15,285 nucleotides of DNA from an uncultured Deferribacteres bacterium. Its GTDB lineage: Bacteria > Zhuqueibacterota > Zhuqueibacteria > Zhuqueibacterales > Geothermadaptataceae. Positions 6,346 to 15,241 of this stretch are shown here, piece after piece (position 1 is the first letter of the stretch; each line of letters starts with the position of its first letter). The stretch lies in NCBI GenBank assembly GCA_964014485.1, contig CAXHAT010000186.1:1-15285 (forward strand), written 5' to 3'. Under the pieces are notes generated by a model. That model searched no databases. It saw only the letters and a program-made list of their open reading frames with translations, and was not told where the DNA came from. The translations under genes were made by a program, and so were the position numbers.

Positions 6346-8085
6346 ATGGCAAGTTACCTGAAAGAGCTTTTTGAATACGGCAAGTCATTGTTGGCGACGG
6401 CGGATATTGAAACGCTGCTGCCAAAAGTGATCGATCTTGTGATCAAGGAAACGCAATCTCAGCGTTGCAGAATCATTCTTTGGACCGCTGACGGGAAGGA
6501 AATAGAAAACGTCGGCAAAGTGGCGGGGGCCGTCAATGAGAAAAACGATGAACGCAAGGTCAGCATAAAAATCATCGAATACGTCAAAAAAACGAATGAG
6601 CCGATCCACAGCGCCAACGCGATGTTTGACGAACGATTCCTGGATGATGACAGAGATCAGAACACAATTTTTCTTCAACATGTCATGTCGGTCGTCTGCG
6701 CGCCGATTCGCGAGAAAGGTTCGGACAAGAATTCCGGCAAAGTTTTCGGGGTGATTTACATCGATAATCGCAGCCGTGAGGGAATGTTCGACGCATACAC
6801 CGCCGGCGTTCTGGAAGGCATTGCCGACCTGATTTCCGGTGCGCTCAAAAAATCTCTGGAGAATACTTTAAAGCGCCGCAAGGAAGCTGAGCAGCTTCAA
6901 ATTGAGAACCGGCAATTGCGAAATGAAGTGAACCGGTTAAAGGGCTTTGGGGAAATTGTCGGCACAAGCGTCTCGATGCAAAAGATTTATGAAAAAATCA
7001 ATCACCTCAAGGGCATTGACGTCAAAGTTTTGATTACAGGCGAGACAGGGACGGGCAAGGGGCTTCTCGCCCAAACGATTCACAATGAAAGTCCGCGCAA
7101 CGATCAGCCTTTCGTTGAGGTCGATTGCAGCGCTATTCCCGAACCGACGCTTGAGTCGGCCTTGTTCGGTCATGAAAAAGGCGCGTTTACGGGCGCCGTC
7201 TCAACAAAAATCGGGTATATCGAAAGTGCGAACGGCGGTACGCTCTTCCTGGATGAAATCGGTAATCTGAGCCTGGCTGTTCAACAAAAATTGCTCAGAT
7301 TTTTGGACACTCGCGAGTATGCGCGCATGGGCTCAACCCAAAATCGCAAAGCGGACGTCCGCCTGCTGTTTGCGACCAACAAAGATATCGATCAGCTTAT
7401 CCGCGACGGAAAATTCATGGACGATTTGCGCTACAGAATTATGGAAGGCGTGGAAATAAAGCTGCCGCCGTTAAAAGATCGTGGTGAAGACGTGCGTTTC
7501 ATTGCCGAGAAATTCCGAGAAGCTTGTTGTGAAGAATTCAACAAAAAAGTTCATTTCAGTAAGGACGCTTTGGAGCTGCTTTTAAAACACCCGCTGCCCG
7601 GGAACGCACGACAATTGCGGCAGGTCGTCCGAAACGCGGTGATTTGGGCAAAAGGCGAGAAGATTACGGCGGCGGATTTCCCTCCGGAATTTGTTGAGCA
7701 TGTGGGCGATTCTCGCTTACCGGGCGACAGCATTATTTTTCGCTATCCCGCCCCCAAAGAAAAGAATCCTTATGGTTCAGAAGCAGGGAAAGACTTCATT
7801 TTCGGAATGTCTTCCTATTTCCACAATTCTGAGGAAGGGCAAGTTGATGAAAGAAGAATCTTTCATGATAAATTGTTGATTCTCTCGTCACGCGCGGCAA
7901 GAAGACCGATGAAAGAAGCGGGCGAGGCCGCCAGGGCGGCGTTAGAGCGGAATATGATTATTTCTTACCTTGAAAAAACGAAGGGGAACATTTCAGAAGC
8001 CGCCAGGCAGGCGGGCGTCGATCGGAAAACGTTTATCACTAAAATGGAAGATCACGCCCTCAGCGGAGGATGGTTTAAGGAATAA
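6346..8085 (+). CDS. Sigma54-dependent enhancer-binding protein (GAF - coiled coil - AAA+ - Fis-type HTH)
   Basis: GAF signature SVVCAPI....VFGVIYIDN. Walker A GETGTGK, LFGHEKGAFTGA, Walker B TLFLDEIG. C-terminal HTH TKGNISEAARQAGVDRKT. Confidence 0.93.
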   Translation: MASYLKELFEYGKSLLATADIETLLPKVIDLVIKETQSQRCRIILWTADGKEIENVGKVAGAVNEKNDERKVSIKIIEYVKKTNEPIHSANAMFDERFLDDDRDQNTIFLQHVMSVVCAPIREKGSDKNSGKVFGVIYIDNRSREGMFDAYTAGVLEGIADLISGALKKSLENTLKRRKEAEQLQIENRQLRNEVNRLKGFGEIVGTSVSMQKIYEKINHLKGIDVKVLITGETGTGKGLLAQTIHNESPRNDQPFVEVDCSAIPEPTLESALFGHEKGAFTGAVSTKIGYIESANGGTLFLDEIGNLSLAVQQKLLRFLDTREYARMGSTQNRKADVRLLFATNKDIDQLIRDGKFMDDLRYRIMEGVEIKLPPLKDRGEDVRFIAEKFREACCEEFNKKVHFSKDALELLLKHPLPGNARQLRQVVRNAVIWAKGEKITAADFPPEFVEHVGDSRLPGDSIIFRYPAPKEKNPYGSEAGKDFIFGMSSYFHNSEEGQVDERRIFHDKLLILSSRAARRPMKEAGEAARAALERNMIISYLEKTKGNISEAARQAGVDRKTFITKMEDHALSGGWFKE

Positions 8086-9049
8086 GCCAGGTAAAAATAA
8101 ACATCAGAGTTAGAAGCAGCAAGATTCCTAATCCAACCATAACATTGTTGGCGTCTCGATGAACGGCGTCAACGACCGCACCGGCATGCACCGCTCCCCG
8201 ACCTCGGAATTTGGCCAAAACGTCTTTTTCAAACTCAATGACCTGCGTATTTTCTTCGTCCACCGTGCTGACGTCCAGTCGCTCTTCCGGTATATTTGCA
8301 GAAGTGCTTTTGATCGTAGCTATCGCTGCAGTGATGTTATCGGGTCCGCCTTTCTCATTGGCCATATTGATGAGAATCTCAACGGCTTTTTTGTTTGAAG
8401 CGTATTTTCTCAAGACCTCAACCACTTCCTCGTCGGAAACATATCCACTCAAGCCGTCTGAGCAGAGCAAGAATCGATCTCCGGGAGCGGCCTTTCCGAT
8501 GGCAACGTCTATTTTTTCGGAGCGGGCAAAACCGATGGCGCGCGTAATGTAGTGGCTCACTCTTGTGTTCACATGAGTATCAAGCTCCGGGTTGCCATAG
8601 GAAAAAGTGTGATCCTGCGTGATTTGCACCAAATTATCGTTGGAGTAGCGGTAAGCGCGACTGTCTCCGACATGTGCAGTTATGAAGGCGTCGTTATCCT
8701 GACAGAGCGCGACCACGGTCGTTCCCATGCGCGTCATTTCAGGAGAATTTTTACTCTTTTCGTAGACCTTGGTATTGGCCAAACGAACCGCAGCGACAAG
8801 TCTGCGCGCCTTTCCAGGTAAATCTTCACGAACATTCGCGCAAATTTCCTGGATTTCGTTTTCGCTCATAGCGCGAAAAGCCTGCGTGATTGTTTGTGCG
8901 GCCAATTGACTGGCGACTTCGCCTTTTTCGTGTCCGCCCATTCCGTCACAAACGACGATTAGGCCCTCATCCTTGAGCGCCTCAACAAAATCTTCATTCG
9001 TTTCTCGTCGCAACCCGACGTCCGTTCTGGTTTGAATGTCTGCGATCAT
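8075..9049 (-). CDS. PP2C/PPM family Ser/Thr protein phosphatase (Stp1/PrpC-like) with C-terminal membrane anchor
   Basis: Motifs TDVGLRR..NED, VCDGMGGH..GEVAS, MGTT, AHVGDSRAY, TQDH, ITRAIG, LLCSDGL and GGPDNIT, plus a hydrophobic C-terminus. Start set at ATG 9049 with an AGGA RBS. Its 3' end overlaps the activator gene by 11 bp. Confidence 0.95.
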   Translation of the reverse strand: MIADIQTRTDVGLRRETNEDFVEALKDEGLIVVCDGMGGHEKGEVASQLAAQTITQAFRAMSENEIQEICANVREDLPGKARRLVAAVRLANTKVYEKSKNSPEMTRMGTTVVALCQDNDAFITAHVGDSRAYRYSNDNLVQITQDHTFSYGNPELDTHVNTRVSHYITRAIGFARSEKIDVAIGKAAPGDRFLLCSDGLSGYVSDEEVVEVLRKYASNKKAVEILINMANEKGGPDNITAAIATIKSTSANIPEERLDVSTVDEENTQVIEFEKDVLAKFRGRGAVHAGAVVDAVHRDANNVMVGLGILLLLTLMFIFTWLIP

Positions 9050-9082
9050 TCGATTTCCTGCAGCTTGGAATTGAGTCCCTTT

Positions 9083-9130
9083 AAAAAAAAGCAGCCCGTA
9101 TTGCATGCAGACCCGCATGCAATACGGGCT
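9083..9130 (-). terminator. Intrinsic terminator-like hairpin between the kinase and phosphatase genes
   Basis: Perfect 16-bp stem AGCCCGTATTGCATGC (9093-9108) / GCATGCAATACGGGCT (9115-9130) with a 6-nt loop, followed on the minus strand by GC and T8 (A8 at 9083-9090). Confidence 0.75.
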
Positions 9131-9258
9131 ATTTCATTGATGCATTACCAAAGAAGCTGATCATAAGCTCTTTTTCGGTTCATGATCGATGAGTATGCTT
9201 CATATACCTAATAAAATAAAAGAATTATGGCCGAGTGAAAATGAAAATATTGTCACGT

Positions 9259-11868
9259 TTATTTTCTGTTCACAGGAAACAAAAACCACTCGTCATTCCT
9301 ATTTCTTCCGCTAGTAATGAGTCGATATGCATTGTTGGCGTTCTGCCATGGCCCCGGCATGACATGCTTCAAACTTCCATCCGGATTCACGGTGACATGT
9401 CCAACTATCCCAGAGCGCTTATGCGGGCCATTCGCTTCGCCCTCAAATCCCAATTTATACTCTTCGTTTTGTAAAAGATCAATTCGAACGCCCATCTTAT
9501 TGACCCGCTCTTCCTGATTTGTAATCACGAAGTCTCTTTCATGATACAGTATCCTGCCGCCAAAAATCATTCTTTTAGAATCAGAGTCATACATTGCAAA
9601 TTTGTTGCCACTGTTTACGCTATCCAAAATAAAAAGCGAATCTTCAATGCCGGGGCTGATCAAGATATCTTTGTAAAAATGATTCGGGAATGCAATGGTC
9701 AAAGTCTCCCCGTCTCTTACTCTGATTCGCTTTGGTTTTTCGAGAAAAAACGTCGTGTCTCCTCGGAGGTAAGCTTCAAATTCATCAACGGACAACCTGG
9801 ACTGGTAGCCGTTTTCGACATAAACGCCGCCGTTGCGCTTGCGCTTCACAATCTCGTAATCGACGAGATTTCCCGCTCGATCCTTAACCCGGAGTCTTAC
9901 GTATTTTTCCAGCAAGACGTCCAACTCCGGCAACGGTTGATTTTCTTCGACAAAAAAGCTCTCAGAATATGAAATGTATCCTTTTTTAGAAGCGTTGAGC
10001 TTGACCTTTTTCCCAATCGGGAAAGCGTAAACGGTTCCATCCGCCGGCCCGAGTGTATCCGGCGCTTGTCCGTCATACTCGGCAATCAACAGCGCAAGCG
10101 GTTCCGAGCGTACAATGCGTTCACGGTAAAAGGTCGCCGAGAGCTTCAAACTCTCTTCAGAATTTTTGATAACAGCCCATTTTACAAGCGAGTCTGATTG
10201 AATTGGCGCAATTGAATCTCCAATTTCTTCGAATGCCGCGAAATCTGAAATCGTGCTGTCCGCACCAGCAATCCTGACTGTAAAATCTCTTGACGCCAGA
10301 GAATCGATGCAAACGCCGGAATCGGAAGCGACGGGCTCTTCGTTTATCCAAAACTTGGGATTCGCAAGGTTGGTCCCTATTGTAAGCAGGGTTTTTCGGC
10401 GTGCTTCGAAAACATAGAACAAGCTATTGTCAGTAAAATCTTGCAACCCCAAAGTATCAGAATAACATCCCGGCGCTGACAAGATGATTTCATGCTTTGG
10501 CAGCTTGTGGTTGACTCTAAAGCGAACCGGGGTCGAGCCAAAATATTCTCCGTTAATGAAAACAGTTCCGGGCACGTTTGTTTTTATCAAGTACGACATG
10601 TTCGCAATGTCAGACCCCATGCCGAACCTTGTTGCTAAAATCAATAAAAGCAGCGTTAAATAAATCCCGCCAAACCGCGTTGCATAGCGCCAGAACATAG
10701 ACGTTTTGAGTTTCTGGAGAGCGATTTCAATGCTTTTTTGCAGCTTGAACATTTCACTCTTGAGCGTGTTCGCTGCATCTCCCCAAGAGAGCATCGCCTT
10801 GTTCAATCGCCGGGGTTGAGCTCGCATATCAGGCGCATCAGACGATTCAGCCGCAACCTCAAAATATACGATGTGCGTGTCGATGACCTTTGTCTTACGC
10901 TTTGCCGTTCCATTCATTCTGACGCGAACTTTCGGTCGAATATCCGTCAGCATCGTCTTCAAATTTTCTTCCGGGAACGGGCTGAACAATTGGTTGCGCT
11001 GCATGTAAAGCGCGTAGTATTGGCGCAAGGCGTTTTGCATGTCTCCGGCAGTCGCAAAACGTGCGTCGGGAGCTTCTTTTATCGCTGTCAGCAAAATTCG
11101 CTTCAGATCGACGTCTTCAATTTGTTCTAAATCTTGTTGAAGCTGTATTCTTTTCGGCAGCATTCTGCTCGTAAAAAGCTCAAAGGCCAGTACCCCGGTC
11201 GAAAAAATGTCGGATCGCGCATCCACCGCCCCTCCGTGAAATTGCTCCGGCGCCATGTAAATCCTCTTCCCGAACGGCCCAAGAATCGTCGTATCACTAA
11301 AGCGCTCTTCTATCGACTTGCGGGCAATCCCGAAATCAATGATTTTAACGCCGCCATGATACGTTAACATAACGTTGTTTAAGGAAATATCCCTGTGGAC
11401 AATATTCAGCGGTCTGCCTTTGGCGTCCACAGCATTGTGAGCGTAATCGAGGCCTTTGCAGATCTCCTGGACGATATAAAGGGCGGTCTCATGCGAGATT
11501 TTTTCGGAAGTTTCCTGGTGATATTCGAGGAATCGCTTCAATGTAACGCCGTCGATATACTCAAGAATCATATAAAAATTCCCTGAGTCGTCGCTGTGCA
11601 AGCTGTCTCTGATCGTTACAATATTGGGATGATTGAGAACTTGGGTGGTATTCAGTTCATCGAAAAAGCGCTTTTGGAATGCAACGTCGAGGGCTACGTC
11701 CCGGTGGATTTTTTTGATCGCGACCCGGACGTTTTTGTTGTGTTTCCCCAAACCGTGTCCTTCAAAGACTTCCCCCATGCCGCCTTCTCCGATTTGGCGC
11801 ACGGCTCCATATTTTTCACGGCCGCTTTCATCGAGCAGCTTAAAAATATATTGGTCTTCTTGTCCCAC
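9259..11868 (-). CDS. Membrane-bound Hanks-type Ser/Thr protein kinase with a large extracytoplasmic PEGA-like region
   Basis: Kinase motifs GEGGMGEV, VAIKK, HPNIV, VHRDIS..N, KIIDFGIA, YMAPE and RSDIFS.G. TM segment GIYLTLLLLILA near residue 400. PEGA-like IKTNVPG.VFING.Y.G.TP..........I.L.APG follows. GTG start. Confidence 0.95.
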   Translation of the reverse strand: MGQEDQYIFKLLDESGREKYGAVRQIGEGGMGEVFEGHGLGKHNKNVRVAIKKIHRDVALDVAFQKRFFDELNTTQVLNHPNIVTIRDSLHSDDSGNFYMILEYIDGVTLKRFLEYHQETSEKISHETALYIVQEICKGLDYAHNAVDAKGRPLNIVHRDISLNNVMLTYHGGVKIIDFGIARKSIEERFSDTTILGPFGKRIYMAPEQFHGGAVDARSDIFSTGVLAFELFTSRMLPKRIQLQQDLEQIEDVDLKRILLTAIKEAPDARFATAGDMQNALRQYYALYMQRNQLFSPFPEENLKTMLTDIRPKVRVRMNGTAKRKTKVIDTHIVYFEVAAESSDAPDMRAQPRRLNKAMLSWGDAANTLKSEMFKLQKSIEIALQKLKTSMFWRYATRFGGIYLTLLLLILATRFGMGSDIANMSYLIKTNVPGTVFINGEYFGSTPVRFRVNHKLPKHEIILSAPGCYSDTLGLQDFTDNSLFYVFEARRKTLLTIGTNLANPKFWINEEPVASDSGVCIDSLASRDFTVRIAGADSTISDFAAFEEIGDSIAPIQSDSLVKWAVIKNSEESLKLSATFYRERIVRSEPLALLIAEYDGQAPDTLGPADGTVYAFPIGKKVKLNASKKGYISYSESFFVEENQPLPELDVLLEKYVRLRVKDRAGNLVDYEIVKRKRNGGVYVENGYQSRLSVDEFEAYLRGDTTFFLEKPKRIRVRDGETLTIAFPNHFYKDILISPGIEDSLFILDSVNSGNKFAMYDSDSKRMIFGGRILYHERDFVITNQEERVNKMGVRIDLLQNEEYKLGFEGEANGPHKRSGIVGHVTVNPDGSLKHVMPGPWQNANNAYRLITSGRNRNDEWFLFPVNRK

Positions 11869-12310
11869 GAAGTAAACCCTTGGGTCAGGCTAAAACTTTG
11901 AAACGCTTACTTTAAATAATGAAACTGAAAAACAAGACGCGTCCCGGATGACATGAATGAATACGAAGAAGCAAAGTCATAACCCCAGTTGATGCTCAAA
12001 GATGGCAAGAATGCTTCCGGGCGGCAAGCAAAACGATACTGAAAAAACGTATTTCAAAACAAGCGTTGTTTTTTCGTGGAAAAAAATCCACAATTGTGGC
12101 GCGCTTTCCTAAAATTCGGCTGCAATCAGCAATTGTTTTTTTCTTGCGGGCCTTCGGCTAATGCGCTATCTTCACGACCTTTTGAGACTGACAAGCGGCG
12201 GTTCTTTTGAAAATCTAAATTCATTCACACGTTCCAGCGACTTGTCGAATTTCATTCCGAAACAGATCAAAACACTCGAATTGCAATCATTTGATAAAAA
12301 GAGATCACGA

Positions 12311-14149
12311 ATGCCTCAAAAATCAGCGCGTTTGCTTGCTTCAAAAAGGCGGCTCCAAACCCTGGCCCGCAACATTGGCGTCTTGAATGAAAAAAGCGGT
12401 CGTTTATCGACGCTGAGAGCGGCATTGTTTACGGCGGCTCTTGCTGTGAGCGGCATTTTTCACTTTTGGATAGACGAGACGCTTAGCTGGGTTTTCCTGA
12501 TCGCAGGATTATTAGCCTTCATTATCGCCGCAATTTACCATCGCCGGATAAATCGAAGTTTAAAGAATCATGAGCTCTGGTTGGAAATGAAAACGCGCCA
12601 AGTTGCGCGAATGGAACTTGACTGGGAAAAAATTCCCGAACATCCACCGACTGAGCTTTCCACTGAACACCCGTTTGCCGTCGACTTAGGGATCGCCGGC
12701 AGACGCTCACTTTTTCAACTTTGCAACAGCGCCGTTTCTTTGGAAGGCGGGCAAAAGTTGCTGCACTGGTTGACCGATACAACTTTGGACGAAAGCGCCA
12801 TTCAGAAACGTCAGAAAATAGTGCGCGAACTTGTGCCGCAAACCCATTTTAGAAATCGCCTCTACCTCGATTTCGCCAATGTCTCGCAGAAGCATTTGAA
12901 CGGCGGTTCATTGATTCGCTGGCTTGGCAGGCATGAAACGCCCAAAGCCCTGCGCTGGCTTATTCCGCTATTAACCACTCTTGGGCTCATCAACATCGCG
13001 CTTTTTTTGCTCGCGATATACAAAGGTTTTCCCGCCTACTGGCAGTTATCCTTGTTCGTCTATATCGCTCTCTTGCTCTGGAACTGGAAACCGGCGGCGA
13101 ACATTTTGAGCGATTCAGTTTTCATGGACGACGAGTTAAACAAGGCACGAGCGATTCTTGATTTTCTAGAAAAGTACAACTATCAATCGGGCTCGGCGCT
13201 CGCAACCTTGTGCGAACCGTTTCTGAACCCCGCCACCCGGCCGTCGAAATTCCTTCGCAGAATAAAATGGGCCGCGTTTCTCACCGGGCTTCGCGGCAAT
13301 CCGGCGATTGCTATCGTGCTCAACATCGGCTTTCCGTATGATTTATACTGTGCGCGCTTTGTGAACAAATGTAAGCTCGATCTCGCGAAACAAATGCCGG
13401 TTTGGCTCGACGCCTTTTTCGAACTGGAGGCGTACCTTTCTCTTGCCAACTTTGCCTGGCTCAACCCGCATTACTGCTTTCCGACGATCTCCCAAAACGG
13501 AGAAGACGGCGCTCTGTTTTCCGGGGAAGACTTGGGACATCCGCTCATCCCCGACCCTCAAAAAGTCATCAATCCCGTTCGTTTTCACAAAGTCGGTGAA
13601 ATCATGCTCATTACGGGATCGAACATGTCCGGCAAAAGCACTTATCTGAAAACGCTTGGCGTGAATCTGGGACTGGCTTATGCCGGAGGGGCGGTGGACG
13701 CTTCTCGATTCTCCTGCGGCATGATGCGAATCTATACCTGCTTGAATATTAGCGATTCAGTGACGGAAGGGTATTCTTTTTTCTATGCTGAAGTCAGGCG
13801 TTTGAAAAAGCTTTTGAATTTGCTGGAGGAAGAGCACGAAACTCCGGTGTTTTTTCTGGTCGACGAAATTTTCAAGGGCACCAATAACCGCGAGCGACTG
13901 ATTGGCAGCCGGTCATTCATTCGCGCCATCGTTAACAAAAACGGCCTCGGCGCGATTTCTACGCATGACCTCGAGCTTGTCTCGCTTGGCGAGGCTTTTG
14001 AAAGCATTGAAAATTATCATTTTAGGGAGGAAGTGATCGACAGCAAGATGGCGTTTGATTACAAAATTCGCACAGGCCCTTGCCCCACCACAAACGCTTT
14101 GCGAATTATGGAAATCGAAGGCTTGCCCGTCGACGAAAGCCAAGGGTGA
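12311..14149 (+). CDS. MutS-related protein (domain V ATPase) with N-terminal transmembrane helices
   Basis: Motifs HPLI, Walker A ITGSNMSGKST, S.FYAEV.RLK, Walker B FLVDEIFKGTN..ER, STHD.EL and FDYK...G...TNA. Several hydrophobic segments in the N-terminal half and no mismatch-binding domain I. ATG 12311 is preferred over 12161. Confidence 0.9.
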   Translation: MPQKSARLLASKRRLQTLARNIGVLNEKSGRLSTLRAALFTAALAVSGIFHFWIDETLSWVFLIAGLLAFIIAAIYHRRINRSLKNHELWLEMKTRQVARMELDWEKIPEHPPTELSTEHPFAVDLGIAGRRSLFQLCNSAVSLEGGQKLLHWLTDTTLDESAIQKRQKIVRELVPQTHFRNRLYLDFANVSQKHLNGGSLIRWLGRHETPKALRWLIPLLTTLGLINIALFLLAIYKGFPAYWQLSLFVYIALLLWNWKPAANILSDSVFMDDELNKARAILDFLEKYNYQSGSALATLCEPFLNPATRPSKFLRRIKWAAFLTGLRGNPAIAIVLNIGFPYDLYCARFVNKCKLDLAKQMPVWLDAFFELEAYLSLANFAWLNPHYCFPTISQNGEDGALFSGEDLGHPLIPDPQKVINPVRFHKVGEIMLITGSNMSGKSTYLKTLGVNLGLAYAGGAVDASRFSCGMMRIYTCLNISDSVTEGYSFFYAEVRRLKKLLNLLEEEHETPVFFLVDEIFKGTNNRERLIGSRSFIRAIVNKNGLGAISTHDLELVSLGEAFESIENYHFREEVIDSKMAFDYKIRTGPCPTTNALRIMEIEGLPVDESQG

Positions 14150-14158
14150 GGTCGCAAT

Positions 14159-14202
14159 AAAAAAGCCCTGCTTCCATATCTTTGCCGATATGAAAGCAGG
14201 GC
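14159..14202 (-). terminator. Intrinsic terminator of the minus-strand hypothetical gene (may also serve the convergent MutS-like gene)
   Basis: 16-bp stem GCCCTGCTTCCATATC / GATATGAAAGCAGGGC. Its single mismatch is a G-U pair on the minus strand, where it is followed by T6. Confidence 0.8.
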
Positions 14203-14223
14203 GATAAACCGGATTCCAAAAAC

Positions 14224-15114
14224 TCAGTTCGACGAAATCGTGTAGCGTACCAAAACGCCTTCGACAAACTCCATTTTCACAATCTGATCATTTTTTTCAA
14301 ATTCACAAGTCGTCACCTTAAAACCGCAATCTTCGCGTTGAGAAACATTGCTCGGGGCGCCGTACATTTGTGCGACTTCTTCCCAAAGCAGCCCCTTACG
14401 AAGCTCCGTTTCAACAACGTCAGCGACAGGACTTGGCGCGTCCGCTCTGGGAGCTGCGTCGAAATCAACATATTCTGCAAGAGCTTCCATAATCGCTTCC
14501 GGCGTCATGTCTTCCGGAGTAAGGTTGCGGCCAAAGCGAATATTGAAACGCGACCCGGCCTGCAGCGCCTTATTGCGAATACGATCTTTTTTTGCTGCTT
14601 CCGCATCTTCCTTCATCAATCGCAACCGTCTTTCTTCAGCCCGGCGTTCACGTCGAAGTTCATCGATTTCAGATTTCAGGGCTTTCTTCGTGCGCTCATT
14701 GGTCTCGTCTTTCAATCGTTTTTCCAGGTCTTTCTCGCGCCGCGATTTTGGCACGTGAGTGGAAATGCCAACGTTGCCGGATTCATCGCCAAAAGTGCCG
14801 TAGCCGCCGCCGCCAAGCTGGAATTCAATGTGTTTTCCCTTTGTCTTTACTTTTGTGACCATGCTTTCTTCACCGGCGTAAATTGCTGTGCCGTATTCTT
14901 TGAGCCGATTGCCAAGCTGGGTAAAATCAACCTGCGGCGTTTTGGCAAGGCGCACTTCAACGCCGCGTGACGTTGCCGGCATGTCGATTTTCAATATCAC
15001 CATCTTACCTTCAAAATAAGATTCGATGACGTGCTTGTTTTGGCTAGAAAGCGGCGAGGTTAGAAATATCAAAAGACCGACGACAAACAATGTGTAAACT
15101 TTTTTCTGTGTCAT
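14224..15114 (-). CDS. Secreted hypothetical protein with a charged coiled coil and a short C-terminal SmpA/OmlA-like module
   Basis: AGGAG RBS before ATG 15114. Signal peptide MTQKKVYTLFVVGLLIFLTSPLSS-Q, an E/K/R-rich central helix, and a C-terminal LRKGL..EEV...YGAP pattern. Confidence 0.8.
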   Translation of the reverse strand: MTQKKVYTLFVVGLLIFLTSPLSSQNKHVIESYFEGKMVILKIDMPATSRGVEVRLAKTPQVDFTQLGNRLKEYGTAIYAGEESMVTKVKTKGKHIEFQLGGGGYGTFGDESGNVGISTHVPKSRREKDLEKRLKDETNERTKKALKSEIDELRRERRAEERRLRLMKEDAEAAKKDRIRNKALQAGSRFNIRFGRNLTPEDMTPEAIMEALAEYVDFDAAPRADAPSPVADVVETELRKGLLWEEVAQMYGAPSNVSQREDCGFKVTTCEFEKNDQIVKMEFVEGVLVRYTISSN

Positions 15115-15241
15115 TTCACTTCTCCTATGCATAATTTGTTATATTTACAAATACGCTCAATCCCTGCTTGGCGAAAAAATTAAACTGTGATTGAGCAGTA
15201 ACGCAAGACGTATTCTACCGTTTGCTGATACAATGCCCTTA

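Noticed and set aside
9129..9203. Tiny minus-strand ORFs between kinase and phosphatase (MKHTHRS, MNRKRAYDQLLW, MISFFGNASMK)
   Set aside because: Only 7-12 codons with weak or no RBS, indistinguishable from chance.
14338..14970. 210-aa plus-strand ORF (likewise 2520-3188 and the other overlapping ORFs in the track)
   Set aside because: These are antisense or alternate-frame shadows of well-supported genes, with no recognisable motifs.
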